Positions 1 through 9,885 of a stretch of 64,000 nt of DNA are shown here, piece by piece; positions within the stretch are counted from its first letter, which is position 1, and every line of letters starts with the position of its first letter. Below the pieces are notes generated by a model. That model was not told where the DNA came from and ran no database searches. It was given only the letters and a program-made list of their open reading frames with translations. The translations under genes were made by a program, and so were the position numbers. This stretch comes from Anaerotignum sp. GTDB lineage: Bacteria; Bacillota; Clostridia; Lachnospirales; Anaerotignaceae. The stretch lies in assembly GCF_030625865.1 (NCBI RefSeq), contig NZ_DAOUQB010000010.1, positions 966-64,965 on the forward strand. The letters are read 5' to 3'.

Positions 1-300
1 ATCTACACGAAACCTTGAACCCCCAACCCCAACAGGATCGATAATAACGGGATGATTTAACTCGTTGCTTCTTCTGCCCGCAGTAATCATTGCATCATTA
101 TCGCTTACCGTTCCCATATTTAGAACCAACGCATTTGTTTTACTTGTAATATCTGCAACCTCACGAAAATCATAAGCCATAGTTGGTGATCCGCCGCAGG
201 CAAGTATTATATTGGCGCAATCATTAACTGTCACAAAATTTGTAATGCAATGAACAATCGGGTTTATACGATTTATGTTTTGAAATACTTTATCTAACAT
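1..300 (-). CDS. thiM: hydroxyethylthiazole kinase, N-terminal part (gene runs off the left edge)
   Basis: Reverse translation from ATG 300-298 gives MLDKVFQNINRINPIVHCITNFVTVNDCANIILACGGSPTMA..., a ThiM-type N-terminus. It overlaps the thiW stop by 7 nt and lies downstream of a TPP riboswitch. Confidence 0.8.
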   Translation of the reverse strand, partial: MLDKVFQNINRINPIVHCITNFVTVNDCANIILACGGSPTMAYDFREVADITSKTNALVLNMGTVSDNDAMITAGRRSNELNHPVIIDPVGVGGSRFRVD

Positions 301-815
301 GACTGACTCCTTTCGCTTTCTAACGATTGTTTCATTTTTTGTAAATTTCCTGTCTTCTCCAATGATTTAATAAGTACATAGCCTATGACTGCCCCCATTA
401 GCGAAGATGGAATAAAAAACGGTACATATGTAAACATTGAAGTGGGTGGCAGTCCATAGAAATGAACCATAAACGGATAAGATACAATTGCACTAATAAT
501 ACCTGTCCCAATTACCTCACCCACAACTGCCATGTACAACTTCTGGGTTTTCTTATAACATAGTCCGGAAAGGTATGCACCAATTACTGCACCAATAACC
601 GCAAGTATGGTATTACCGTTAAGTATCATCCGCAAAGTTCCAATTAATAAAGCGCATACAAAACCAAGGGTTGGGCCAAGGATAACTGCCGCAATCACAT
701 TAATCATGTGCTGAAAAGGAGCCATCCTTGGGAAATACACAAAGGTGTTGAGCACGTAGCCTAGTGCCACTAACATTGCAAGGGTTGTTTGTTTTTTTAG
801 GTTTATTTTTTTCAT
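294..815 (-). CDS. thiW: ECF transporter S component ThiW (thiazole precursor uptake)
   Basis: 173-aa polytopic membrane protein with ...FQHMINVIAAVILGP... typical of ThiW. Preceded by a THI-box and followed by thiM. Confidence 0.75.
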   Translation of the reverse strand: MKKINLKKQTTLAMLVALGYVLNTFVYFPRMAPFQHMINVIAAVILGPTLGFVCALLIGTLRMILNGNTILAVIGAVIGAYLSGLCYKKTQKLYMAVVGEVIGTGIISAIVSYPFMVHFYGLPPTSMFTYVPFFIPSSLMGAVIGYVLIKSLEKTGNLQKMKQSLESERSQSC

Positions 816-855
816 TTTACACTCTCTTTCCTATATGATTTTTTTGATGTATAAT

Positions 856-1100
856 AAAAAGGCATAGAAAGGAATACACCCGCGGTGGTGCACCCCTTTT
901 TATGCCTTATCAATTTTAAACATAAAAGTTACGTAATTCATATTTAATTTTTTTTGATTATATAATTGCAATAAAAAAGCCTTATCCTAGGGATAAGACA
1001 TCAAATACTTGACTGATTACACTCCCTACGACAGTATTAACTGACAGGTTCTAAGGGTCAGGTTTTATCCTTCTCAACTAAAATAGTTCCCCCGGTTATA
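856..1100 (-). promoter_or_regulatory. TPP (THI-box) riboswitch with terminator expression platform
   Basis: The minus strand of 1017-1097 reads GGGGGAAC..TTGAGA..ACCCTTAGAACCTGTCAGTTAATACTGTCGTAGGGA, which matches the THI element core. A 14-bp hairpin (856-908, AAGGCATAAAAAGG/CCTTTCTATGCCTT) followed by a T-run lies just upstream of the thiW RBS. Confidence 0.85.
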
Positions 1101-1183
1101 AATTTGTATTTAATTTTCATTCATTATAACACTTTTGGAAAATTCCGTCAATATATTACTAAATCTATATATACAGTTTGTAG

Positions 1184-1303
1184 TATCAGATATTCAAATT
1201 AGACTGGGTAATGCTTAGTGTTATTATCCTTGCACTTATGGCTGCTTTAATGTATGAAGGCATTGCTTTTTTAGAAAAAAAATGTCTTAAATGGCAACAA
1301 TAA
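1184..1303 (+). pseudogene. relic of the C-terminus of an ABC-transporter permease (NitT/TauT/ThiX-like)
   Basis: An open frame after a stop codon reads ...IFKLDWVMLSVIILALMAALMYEGIAFLEKKCLKWQQ*. This looks like the last TM helix and the LE+K..L+W tail of this permease family. There is no upstream coding continuation. Confidence 0.3.
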
Positions 1304-1365
1304 AAAATCTCCTTTGTTTGTTATGACTTTTTCTCGTCAAACATGCAAAGGAGTTTTATTTTTAT
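1303..1365. terminator. bidirectional intrinsic terminator
   Basis: Arms TCTCCTTTG(TTTG)...(CAAAC)ATGCAAAGGAG are flanked by an A-run and a T-run, downstream of the aspartate kinase stop. Confidence 0.6.
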
Positions 1366-1382
1366 CATTATTTGTAATAACA

Positions 1383-2690
1383 TCAAACAAATTCTTCATA
1401 TATTACACGAATTGCATCTGCCATCTCATCCTCTACAACACCAACCCATGTACTTAGCTCCCCACTTCCTTGGTTAATCATCACGACCCCAATACTTTGT
1501 CTTTGCAATACTTGAAAAATACGATTCACTGTTTCACGGTTGTGGACTATTCCATATCCAGCCAACACAATGCCTGCAATTCCGTGCTGTGTCGTAAGAG
1601 AATAAGAGATATTCCATTTCTCAATTTCTTCCTTAAACTTGTCTTGTACGCTATCAAATCGTTGGGCGTCCACCATCAAACAAACACAATTGATGCCAGA
1701 TGGAAGGTATTGAAAAGACAAATCACAATTTTGGGCAGCTTGCAATACCCCTTTTACAAATGTTTTATCACGACTTGCCTGTTCTTTCTCCACAACCAAT
1801 AGACTAAATCCTTTTTTGCCTGCAATACCAGCAAAAATAGCATAATCTTCACGCTGCACTGCATTGCAGGTAATCATGGTACCTGGGTGTTCAGGCAAAT
1901 TAGTGTTACGGATATTGGTAGGAATACCTGCACGACTTACAGGAAAAACACTATCCTCATGGAGTACCGTAGCTCCCGCACAGCACAATTCATGCATTTC
2001 ATGATATGTAATATGCTTGATTGGCTTAGGGTTACAAACGATGCGAGGATCTGCCATCAAGAAACCGGAAACATCTGTCCAATTTTCATATATCTCCGCC
2101 TGGGCAGCACGAGCCGCAATGGCACCTGTAACATCACTTCCACCACGGGAAAAAACACAAATATTCCCATCAGGAGTGCTTCCATAAAAACCTGGAACCA
2201 CAACATTTTTATGGGTTTCCATTTTTTTTTGCAATTCAAAATTTGTTTTCTCAGCATCAAAAGTGCCTTTTTCGTCGAAAAAAATAACTTCTGCAGCATC
2301 TAAAAATTCAAATTTTAAATAATTTGCCAGTAATAAACCATTTAAAAATTCTCCGCGACTGGCGCAATAATCTGCCGAAGCACCGAATGCCATTTTTTCA
2401 TTAATTTCATCCAAGGATGCTTCAATATTTAGGGACAACTTTAGCTCAAATGCAATATCCAAATATCTCTGACGAATTTTGTCAAAGGTGGACTGAAAAC
2501 ATTGTCCACTTATCTGCTCATGATAACAACGATATAAAAGATCTGTTACTTTCTCATCTTCGTCAAAACGTTTGCCCGGTGCACTGGGAACGATGATTGT
2601 CCGGCGGTCATCTGCCAGAATAATATCACGTACTTTTTGAAACTGTGCCGCATTTGCCAACGAACTTCCACCAAATTTTGCTACAATCAT
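1383..2690 (-). CDS. aspartate kinase
   Basis: 435 aa. The N-terminal MIVAKFGGSSLANA... amino-acid kinase signature and a C-terminal ACT-like region are present. It is the last gene of the polyamine cluster and would supply the aspartate semialdehyde branch. Confidence 0.85.
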   Translation of the reverse strand: MIVAKFGGSSLANAAQFQKVRDIILADDRRTIIVPSAPGKRFDEDEKVTDLLYRCYHEQISGQCFQSTFDKIRQRYLDIAFELKLSLNIEASLDEINEKMAFGASADYCASRGEFLNGLLLANYLKFEFLDAAEVIFFDEKGTFDAEKTNFELQKKMETHKNVVVPGFYGSTPDGNICVFSRGGSDVTGAIAARAAQAEIYENWTDVSGFLMADPRIVCNPKPIKHITYHEMHELCCAGATVLHEDSVFPVSRAGIPTNIRNTNLPEHPGTMITCNAVQREDYAIFAGIAGKKGFSLLVVEKEQASRDKTFVKGVLQAAQNCDLSFQYLPSGINCVCLMVDAQRFDSVQDKFKEEIEKWNISYSLTTQHGIAGIVLAGYGIVHNRETVNRIFQVLQRQSIGVVMINQGSGELSTWVGVVEDEMADAIRVIYEEFV

Positions 2691-2839
2691 CTTAATTCCC
2701 CCTCACCAAGCCACAGAACGGTTAGATTTCCCTCCCGTCCTTATATATAAAAAGATTTTTTATTACGTAAAGAAGTATGTGATATCAAAACATTATTTTA
2801 ATACTTCGTTAAAAATTATCACAAAAACTCATAAGAATT

Positions 2840-3970
2840 TTATGAAAGTCGTTCTTTAAAATCATGATAACCAAAAGTTTTAATGATTTTTATATTCTCA
2901 TCTTCTTGAAGAAGAGCAATGGAAGGTAGACACATGCCGTTAAAGGTATTATTCTTCACCATAGAATAAATTGCCATATCTTCAAAAATCAACTTGTCAC
3001 CTACAGAAAGAGGATGGCAGAAAGAATAATCTCCAATTACATCTCCAGCCAGGCAGGTGGCGCCTGTCAAACGGTAGGTATACGGTTTTTCCTTTGGCTC
3101 ACCACTCTGATAAAGGGGCGGACGATAAGGCATTTCAATGACATCAGGCATATGGCAGGCAGCGGATGCATCCAAAAGGGCAATGTCCATACCGTTATGC
3201 ACAATATCCAACACCGAAGTTACCAAATAGCCTGCATTGAGTGCCACTGCCTCCCCTGGTTCCAAATAAACTTCCACGTTGTATTTTTCTTTGAACCGTA
3301 AAATGCAGTCTACTAAAGCGTCCCTATCGTAGTCGGCACGGGTGATATGATGGCCACCGCCAAAATTCACCCACTTCATCTGTGGCAAAAATTCGCCAAA
3401 CTTTTCTTCCACGGCAGATAATGTTTCGATGAGGGCATCGCTGTTTTGTTCACATAAAGTATGAAAATGCAATCCCTCAATGCCATCCAACAATTCAGGC
3501 TTAAAATTTTCTCTGGTTACTCCTAGACGAGACCCTTCTGCGCAGGGATCATAAATACCATGCTCTTGCGTGGAATGTTGGGGATTGATGCGAATACCAC
3601 AACTTTTCCCTGTGGCAAGGGCTTTACCCCCATATTTTTCCCACTGTGCAAAGGAATTAAAGGAAATATGATCGCAAATTTTTACAACCTCGTCAAACTC
3701 CTTTTCCATATATGCCGCAGAAAAAACATGGTTTTCCTTACCCATTTCCTCAAATCCAAGCTTTGCTTCAAATAAGCCGCTGGCAGTTGTCCCGTCAAGA
3801 TAACGTCCAATTAAGGGATACACCGTAAACATGGAAAATGCTTTTTGTGCCAGCAAAATTTTACAGCCGGCACGTTCAGCAATATCCCTCAAAATAATGA
3901 GATTCTGAATCAAACGTTTTTCATCAACAACATAGCAGGGCGTTTCCACAGAATATAACACCTTATCCAT
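2840..3970 (-). CDS. nspC: carboxynorspermidine/carboxyspermidine decarboxylase
   Basis: 376 aa, alanine-racemase-fold decarboxylase resembling NspC (..CYVVDE..LLAQKAF..GGGHH..EPGEA..). The start overlaps the CANSDH stop (TAATG). Confidence 0.8.
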   Translation of the reverse strand: MDKVLYSVETPCYVVDEKRLIQNLIILRDIAERAGCKILLAQKAFSMFTVYPLIGRYLDGTTASGLFEAKLGFEEMGKENHVFSAAYMEKEFDEVVKICDHISFNSFAQWEKYGGKALATGKSCGIRINPQHSTQEHGIYDPCAEGSRLGVTRENFKPELLDGIEGLHFHTLCEQNSDALIETLSAVEEKFGEFLPQMKWVNFGGGHHITRADYDRDALVDCILRFKEKYNVEVYLEPGEAVALNAGYLVTSVLDIVHNGMDIALLDASAACHMPDVIEMPYRPPLYQSGEPKEKPYTYRLTGATCLAGDVIGDYSFCHPLSVGDKLIFEDMAIYSMVKNNTFNGMCLPSIALLQEDENIKIIKTFGYHDFKERLS

Positions 3971-5172
3971 TAGTCTACCAACTCGGGATTAAAATCTTCA
4001 ACCCAAGGCAATCCCCATTTATTCAATGCCTCCATGAAAGGATCGGGATCAAACTCTTCCATATTCCAAACACCTGGTTGATTCCATTTGCCATTCATCA
4101 CAAGCATTGCGCCAATCATAGCAGGCACACCAGTAGTATAGGAGATCGCCTGACTACCTACTTCTTTATAGCACTCCTGATGGTCACAAATATTATACAA
4201 GTAATAAGTTTTTTCCTTGCCATCCTTTACGCCCTGGAAGATACATCCGATATTTGTCTTCCCTACAGTACGAGGACCAAGGCTTGCAGGATCAGGCAAT
4301 ACAGCTTTCAAAAATTGCAAAGGCACAATCTGCTTACCTTCAAATTCAATAGGTTCAATGGATGTCATACCTACGTTTTCTAAACATTTGAGATGTGTCA
4401 AATAGCTCTGTCCAAATGTCATGAAGAAACGAATACGTTTAATTCCCTTTATATTTAAGCCCAAACTTTCCAGCTCTTCATGGTGTAGCAAATACATATC
4501 CTTCTTACCAACCTCTGCAAAGTCATACTCACGCTTGATTTCCATGGGTTCCGTTTCTACCCATTCGCCATTTTCCCAATAACTGCCGTTGGCTGTTACT
4601 TCTCTGATATTAATTTCTGGGTTAAAGTTGGTTGCAAAAGGATAGCCATGATCACCACCGTTGCAGTCAAGAATATCGATATAATTGATTTCATCAAACT
4701 GATGCTTCATGGCATAAGCAGAGAAAACACCTGTAACACCGGGGTCAAAACCACTGCCCAACAATGCACAGATACCCGCTTCCTTGAATTTTTCACGGTA
4801 TGCCCACTGCCATTTATATTCAAATTTTGCAGTATCCAAGGGTTCATAGTTTGCAGTGTCCACATAATGTGTTTTTGTAGCTAGGCAGGCATCCATAATA
4901 GTCAAATCCTGATAAGGTAAAGCAAGGTTCAAAACCACGTCGGGCTGAAATTCATTGATTAATGCAACCAACTCCTCCACATTGTCCGCATCCACCTCGG
5001 CTGTTTGAATCTTTGTTTTCGTTGTACCCTCAAGCTTTACTTTCAACGCATCACATTTGGATTTGGTGCGGCTGGCAATCATAATTTCCTCAAAAACCTC
5101 ACTGTTTTGGCAACATTTGTGGATTGCAACACTGGCAACACCGCCACAACCGATAATCATACATTTTCCCAT
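3970..5172 (-). CDS. carboxynorspermidine/carboxyspermidine dehydrogenase (saccharopine dehydrogenase family)
   Basis: Starts MGKCMIIGCGGVASVAIHKC (Rossmann GxGxxA) with RBS AAGGAG. The upstream extension in the ORF track (to 5295) would overlap speB, so I place the start at 5172. Confidence 0.8.
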   Translation of the reverse strand: MGKCMIIGCGGVASVAIHKCCQNSEVFEEIMIASRTKSKCDALKVKLEGTTKTKIQTAEVDADNVEELVALINEFQPDVVLNLALPYQDLTIMDACLATKTHYVDTANYEPLDTAKFEYKWQWAYREKFKEAGICALLGSGFDPGVTGVFSAYAMKHQFDEINYIDILDCNGGDHGYPFATNFNPEINIREVTANGSYWENGEWVETEPMEIKREYDFAEVGKKDMYLLHHEELESLGLNIKGIKRIRFFMTFGQSYLTHLKCLENVGMTSIEPIEFEGKQIVPLQFLKAVLPDPASLGPRTVGKTNIGCIFQGVKDGKEKTYYLYNICDHQECYKEVGSQAISYTTGVPAMIGAMLVMNGKWNQPGVWNMEEFDPDPFMEALNKWGLPWVEDFNPELVD

Positions 5173-5185
5173 TTTTCTGTCTCCT

Positions 5186-6034
5186 TTACTTTGTAATTTG
5201 CAATAAGATCTCTCGTGTAATTTTACAAGCAACGGCAGTGGAACTACCGCTTTGATCATAGTGGGGGGAAAGCTCATTAATATCACAGCCCACAATATTT
5301 AATTGGTTCAACTGCAAAACGGCTTCCATTAACTCTTTAAAAGGGATCCCTCCTGCTTCGGGTGTACCTGTACCACAAAATATGGAGGGGTCTAAAACAT
5401 CTAAATCTAGTGTAAAATATACCGGCTTGCCCTTCAGTTTGGCAACGGTTTCAGAAAACCCGGTAAGATCGAATTTGTGCATAAAGGTATGCTTTTTGGC
5501 AAAATCAAATTCATATTTTTCCCCACTACGGATACCAAACTGATGGATTCTACCATCACCCACAAGGTTCCATACCTGTTTGATTACCGTAGAATGAGAA
5601 AGGGTCTCTCCCAAATAATCTGTACGCAGGTCTGTGTGGGCATCAAAATGGATGATATGCACATCAGGATACCGCTCCACCACGGCACGTACTGCTCCAA
5701 GTGTAATGAGATGCTCTCCTCCTAGCATAACAAAGCGTTTGTCATCCCCGAGAATTTGTGCGGCATAGTTTTGGGTCATTTCCAGTACCCTTTCGGTGTT
5801 TCCAAAGGGAAGTTCCAAATCCCCTCCGTCAAAAATTTCATAATCCGCAACATCACGATCACAGTAAGGGGAATAGGTTTCAAGCCCAAAGGATTCATTG
5901 CGGATAGCCGAAGGGCCAAAACGTGTGCCCGGTCGAAAGGAAGTCGTCCCGTCAAAGGGCACACCAAACAATACAACTTCCGCTTCCTCATACCCAGCGT
6001 CACACCCTAAAAAAGTTTGTATGTTTTTATTCAT
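5186..6034 (-). CDS. speB: agmatinase / ureohydrolase family
   Basis: 282 aa with arginase-fold motifs (GGEH, DAHTD, DLDVLDP). 8-nt overlap with speE. Confidence 0.85.
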   Translation of the reverse strand: MNKNIQTFLGCDAGYEEAEVVLFGVPFDGTTSFRPGTRFGPSAIRNESFGLETYSPYCDRDVADYEIFDGGDLELPFGNTERVLEMTQNYAAQILGDDKRFVMLGGEHLITLGAVRAVVERYPDVHIIHFDAHTDLRTDYLGETLSHSTVIKQVWNLVGDGRIHQFGIRSGEKYEFDFAKKHTFMHKFDLTGFSETVAKLKGKPVYFTLDLDVLDPSIFCGTGTPEAGGIPFKELMEAVLQLNQLNIVGCDINELSPHYDQSGSSTAVACKITREILLQITK

Positions 6035-6878
6035 CCTTTAGCATCTCCTTTACATAAGTGGGTAAGCCAAAAGCACCAGCATGCAGTTCAGTATTATAGT
6101 ACTTGGTTTTGATACCCAAAGCATTCCATTCTTCTGTTTTTAAGTCACTCATTGGATGTAGCGTTTTTGAAGCAAACCCAAACAGCCAGTGCCCCGAAGG
6201 GTATGTTGGGATATGAGCCTGATATACATAACCCATAGGAAATACGTGGGATATGCGCTTATGGGCAGATTTCATGGCCTTTGCATCCTCTTCATAAAAC
6301 GGGCTTTCATGCTGATTGATGAGAATCCCTTGTTCCGTAAGGGCACGACAGCAATTTCCGTAAAACTCTTTGGTAAAAAGCACTTCACCGGGGCCAAACG
6401 GATCTGTAGAATCCACTATAATAAGGTCATATGCTTTGTCTGTATGTCGCACAAATTTCAGCCCATCCTGAAAATGCAACTGTACTCTAGCATCCTCAAA
6501 GCCACAAGCTGTTTGGGGCAAAAATTCCTTGCAAACCGCTACCACACGTTCATCAATTTCCACAACGTCAATATGCTCTATTTGACTGTACTTTCCAAGC
6601 TCTCGCACCACTCCGCCATCTCCTGCGCCAATAACCAAAACATTTTTCATATTCGGATTAATCGCCATGGCAGGATGGGTAATCATTTCGTGATATATAA
6701 ATTCATCACGCTCCGTGAGCATCATAATCCCATCCAAGGTTAAAAAACGGCCAAATTCAGGAGATTCAAACACCGATATTTTCTGATATTTGCTTTCTTC
6801 GTAGTGAATCTGACGAAAAACCTTCACAGAGAACCTCACATTTGGCGTATGATATTCGCTGTACCATAAATCATCCAT
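6027..6878 (-). CDS. speE: spermidine synthase (aminopropyltransferase)
   Basis: 283 aa with ..VLVIGAGDGGVVRE..DVVEID..IIVDSTDP.. motifs. Confidence 0.9.
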   Translation of the reverse strand: MDDLWYSEYHTPNVRFSVKVFRQIHYEESKYQKISVFESPEFGRFLTLDGIMMLTERDEFIYHEMITHPAMAINPNMKNVLVIGAGDGGVVRELGKYSQIEHIDVVEIDERVVAVCKEFLPQTACGFEDARVQLHFQDGLKFVRHTDKAYDLIIVDSTDPFGPGEVLFTKEFYGNCCRALTEQGILINQHESPFYEEDAKAMKSAHKRISHVFPMGYVYQAHIPTYPSGHWLFGFASKTLHPMSDLKTEEWNALGIKTKYYNTELHAGAFGLPTYVKEMLKDE

Positions 6879-8328
6879 TTTCTTCTCCTTTCCATACGTT
6901 CAGTCGACTGATATCCATGCTTTCCGGCCCCGTAACCACGCATCCTTTTTCCTTTGCATATTGGATGTATTCAATGATTTCCCGGGTAATACGTTCCCCC
7001 GGCGCAAGGATGGGAATACCCGGCGGATAGCACATAACAAACTCTGTGCAAACTCTGCCATCACATTTGTCCAAAGGAAGGCTTACTTTATCTGCATAAA
7101 ACGCTTCCTGCGGTGAAATAACAACGACAGGACTGATGTATTCCGTATCCAACATATCTTTATTGTCTTTTTTATAAATTCGTCTTATTTCTGAGAGGGC
7201 ACTAATAAGCCGCTCAATATTTTTATTTTTATCCCCTACAGAAATGTAAGCGAGAATGTTTCCTAAATCACCAAACTCAATTTGAATACCATATTCATCA
7301 CGAAGCAAATCGTAAACCTCAATCCCTGCAAGTCCCAATTTCAAAGTATTCACAGAAAGCTTTGTGGTATCATAGTCAAACACACTATCCCCATTGATCA
7401 ACTCTTTGGAATAGGCATAATAATCGCCAATGGCATTGATTTCATCCCTAGCATACTGGGCAAAATTCTTTACTTTTTCAAAGGTTTCTTCTCCCCACAG
7501 TGCTAAGTTCCTTCTCGATATATCTAAGCTGGAAAGCAAAAGATAGGAACCACTGGTGGTTTGAGTGAGATTAATAATTTTCCTGACGTAGTTGGCATTT
7601 GTCTCTTCACCGCAAAGTAATAAAGAACTTTGGGTAAGAGACCCACCGGATTTGTGCATACTTACCGCTGCCATATCCGCTCCCGCCGCCATGGCAGAAA
7701 TGGGCATATCTTTACCGAAGTAAAAATGGGTGCCATGGGCCTCGTCCACAAGGACATGCAACCCATTTTCATGAGCAATTTGGGTAATTTGCTTTAAATC
7801 AGAGCAAATACCGTAGTATGTTGGATTATTTACCAAAATAGCTTTGGCATTAGGATGCTCCAGAATTGTCTGTTTTACATCATCGAGAGACATTCCCAGT
7901 GCAATTCCCAGCTTTTTGTTCATTTGAGGATTAATGTAAACAGGAACCGCACCGCAAAGCACCAAAGCATTAATCACACTTTGGTGAACATTTCTGGGTA
8001 AAATGATTTCCTCCCCACTTTTTACACTGGCAAGTATCATAGTCTGCACCGCAGAAGTTGTGCCTCCCACCATAAAAAATGCATGAGCTGCACCAAAAGC
8101 TTCAGCCGCAAGTTCCTCCGCCTCTTTAATTACGCTAACAGGATGGCAAAGATTATCTAGAGGCTTCATTGAATTTACATCTACAGACAGACATTTCTCG
8201 CCCAAAAAATCTGTCAATTGTGGATTTCCTTTCCCGTGCTTATGCCCCGGTACATCAAAGGGTACCAGACGATCATGGCGCATCCTTTCCAGCGCTTCCA
8301 TAAGTGGCATTTTACTCTGATCCTTCAA
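6871..8328 (-). CDS. speA: arginine decarboxylase (Orn/Lys/Arg decarboxylase, PLP fold-I, Bacillus SpeA type)
   Basis: 485 aa with the ..[13 protein letters not shown].. PLP-lysine motif, in an operon with speB/speE. Substrate is inferred from context. Confidence 0.75.
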   Translation of the reverse strand: MKDQSKMPLMEALERMRHDRLVPFDVPGHKHGKGNPQLTDFLGEKCLSVDVNSMKPLDNLCHPVSVIKEAEELAAEAFGAAHAFFMVGGTTSAVQTMILASVKSGEEIILPRNVHQSVINALVLCGAVPVYINPQMNKKLGIALGMSLDDVKQTILEHPNAKAILVNNPTYYGICSDLKQITQIAHENGLHVLVDEAHGTHFYFGKDMPISAMAAGADMAAVSMHKSGGSLTQSSLLLCGEETNANYVRKIINLTQTTSGSYLLLSSLDISRRNLALWGEETFEKVKNFAQYARDEINAIGDYYAYSKELINGDSVFDYDTTKLSVNTLKLGLAGIEVYDLLRDEYGIQIEFGDLGNILAYISVGDKNKNIERLISALSEIRRIYKKDNKDMLDTEYISPVVVISPQEAFYADKVSLPLDKCDGRVCTEFVMCYPPGIPILAPGERITREIIEYIQYAKEKGCVVTGPESMDISRLNVWKGEENG

Positions 8329-9104
8329 AGCTTCACCCCCTGATAAATGTTGGAACCACTAAATATTTCAATCATTTCCTGACGCAATGCGTTTGTAATA
8401 TCCAAACGGATTTTGGGCGGGATTTCATATACATCCGAATTAAACAAATAATTTTGCAACACCAAATCCTTGATGAGCATTTTCGTGTGAAAAATATTGG
8501 ATTGATAAATATTTACATCAATGGCATCATACTTTTGGAGAATATCATTGTGAATATAATCCTGAATGGAGGTAATATTGTGGTCTATAAACAGCTTTTG
8601 TCCCTCCAAATCACGGGTAAACCCTCGAACACGATAATCCATGGTAATAATGTCAGAATCGAAGCTCCCAATCAGAAAATCCAAAGTGGAAAGGGGTGTA
8701 ATTTCACCACACGTTGCCACATCAATATCCACACGAAAGGTTGCAATAGAAGTTTCCGGGTGATATTCAGGATAAGTGTGCACGGTAACATGGCTTTTAT
8801 CCAAATGAGCCACAACGGTTTCGCCGCTGCGGGCTTTTGCCATATTCACCTCCGCAATCAGAAACGTTACACTTGCGCCTTGTGGTTCGTAATCTTGCTT
8901 CGAGATATTTAAAACCGTTGCCCCAATCATTTCCGTAAGCTTCGTTAAAATTGCAGTCAACCGCTCCGAATTATACTGCTCATTGATATACTTGATATAA
9001 TCTTGCTGCTCTCTTGCCGTCTTGGCATAGCAGATATCGTAAATATTAAAACTTAAAGATTTTGTAAGATTATTAAAACCATACAATTTCATTTTATCTA
9101 CCAT
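8325..9104 (-). CDS. speD: S-adenosylmethionine decarboxylase proenzyme (E. coli SpeD type)
   Basis: ..[35 protein letters not shown].. closely follows the SpeD pattern. The start is placed at MVDKMKLYG (RBS GGGGGA). The longer ORF-track start would include the leader terminator. Confidence 0.85.
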   Translation of the reverse strand: MVDKMKLYGFNNLTKSLSFNIYDICYAKTAREQQDYIKYINEQYNSERLTAILTKLTEMIGATVLNISKQDYEPQGASVTFLIAEVNMAKARSGETVVAHLDKSHVTVHTYPEYHPETSIATFRVDIDVATCGEITPLSTLDFLIGSFDSDIITMDYRVRGFTRDLEGQKLFIDHNITSIQDYIHNDILQKYDAIDVNIYQSNIFHTKMLIKDLVLQNYLFNSDVYEIPPKIRLDITNALRQEMIEIFSGSNIYQGVKL

Positions 9105-9117
9105 TTTGAAATCCCCC

Positions 9118-9157
9118 AAACAAAAAAGATGCACCACAGTTATACTATGGCACATCT
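9118..9157 (-). terminator. intrinsic terminator inside the polyamine-operon leader (attenuator)
   Basis: Minus strand reads AGATGTGCCA-tagtataac-TGTGGTGCATC followed by TTTTTTGTTT, ending ~15 nt before the speD RBS. Confidence 0.6.
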
Positions 9158-9505
9158 TATAAATCGCTCAATTCAAATGGGTTTCAAGCCAAAAACCTAC
9201 ACCTCTACCATTGCAATAGAGCGCTTTCGCCTGTTACCTAAATATTTTCAGAGTCTATATAGTAAGAACTACTTTTACTACTCTTATTATTGACCGTTTC
9301 ACAAGTGTGTACCCTAGTACACTTGGTTATGAAGTAACCAACTGGCAATTGAGTTGCCAACTTATAAAAGTTGCGCTCTTAACGCAATCAATAATGTGAA
9401 GAAATGCTTCACAATCGGCAGTTGACCCGGCTGTCCGTATGGCCTTAAGCTTCAAAAAGAAACTGGTCAAAAGTGTTCTCGCTATATGCGAACTAAAACA
9501 GGGTT

Positions 9506-9535
9506 ATTTTAAAGCATAACAAATGGTTTTGTCAA
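9506..9535 (-). promoter_or_regulatory. sigma-A type promoter of the polyamine operon
   Basis: Minus strand has TTGACA (9535-9530), an 18-nt spacer and TAAAAT (9511-9506). This implies a ~390-nt leader. Confidence 0.5.
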
Positions 9536-9885
9536 GTTTTTTTACAAAAAAAAATATTTTTCTACAATGGAAATGATATCCAATCCAACTTCATTAAATT
9601 ATACTAAGGCACGAACTGCTGCGACCAGGCTCATTTTTTCACTCAAAAATATGATTCCCTTTAAATTTTTAAGTATGTAAGAAATCTCGTCGTTTTGAAA
9701 TTAAGTTGAACCATGTACTCTGACATGAAATTTTATTCTTTTCAAAAAGTGCAAAGCTCATCAACTAAAATGCAATGACTTTTTATGTATTACAAATTAT
9801 CTCTCCGCTGGTTTACATCGTTTTTTTGTGCTATAATAAATCATATTAAGCGAATTTATGATGGAATACTTAAAGGGGATTCAAT

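Noticed and set aside
5173-5295. N-terminal extension of the CANSDH ORF given by the ORF track (MWAVILMSF...).
   Set aside because: It would overlap the 3' end of speB by 110 nt and has no RBS. The ATG at 5172 is preceded by AAGGAG and starts the conserved Rossmann motif.
8304-8912. 202-aa plus-strand ORF. The same applies to many other 60-180-aa ORFs antisense to long genes, e.g. 1470-1802, 1887-2303, 6189-6743, 30677-31009, 36660-37127, 43180-43521 and 55304-55735.
   Set aside because: They lie entirely inside well-supported genes on the other strand. They lack RBSs and have low-complexity or odd composition, so they are shadow ORFs.
9121-9134. The 14-mer AAAAAAGATGCACC is shared between the speD leader terminator and the GntR-gene terminator (38970-38983), suggesting a repeated element.
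   Set aside because: Several identical 14-mers are expected by chance in 64 kb of AT-rich sequence. The similarity does not extend beyond the stem and A-run.
9105-9500. Assignment of the polyamine-operon leader to a known class (T-box, SAM-I, lysine, M-box).
   Set aside because: There is no GGTGGTACCGCG T-box sequence and no S-box or L-box core. Short words shared with the M-box (GCCATAC, GGGTCAAC) occur in the wrong order. The leader is left as unclassified.
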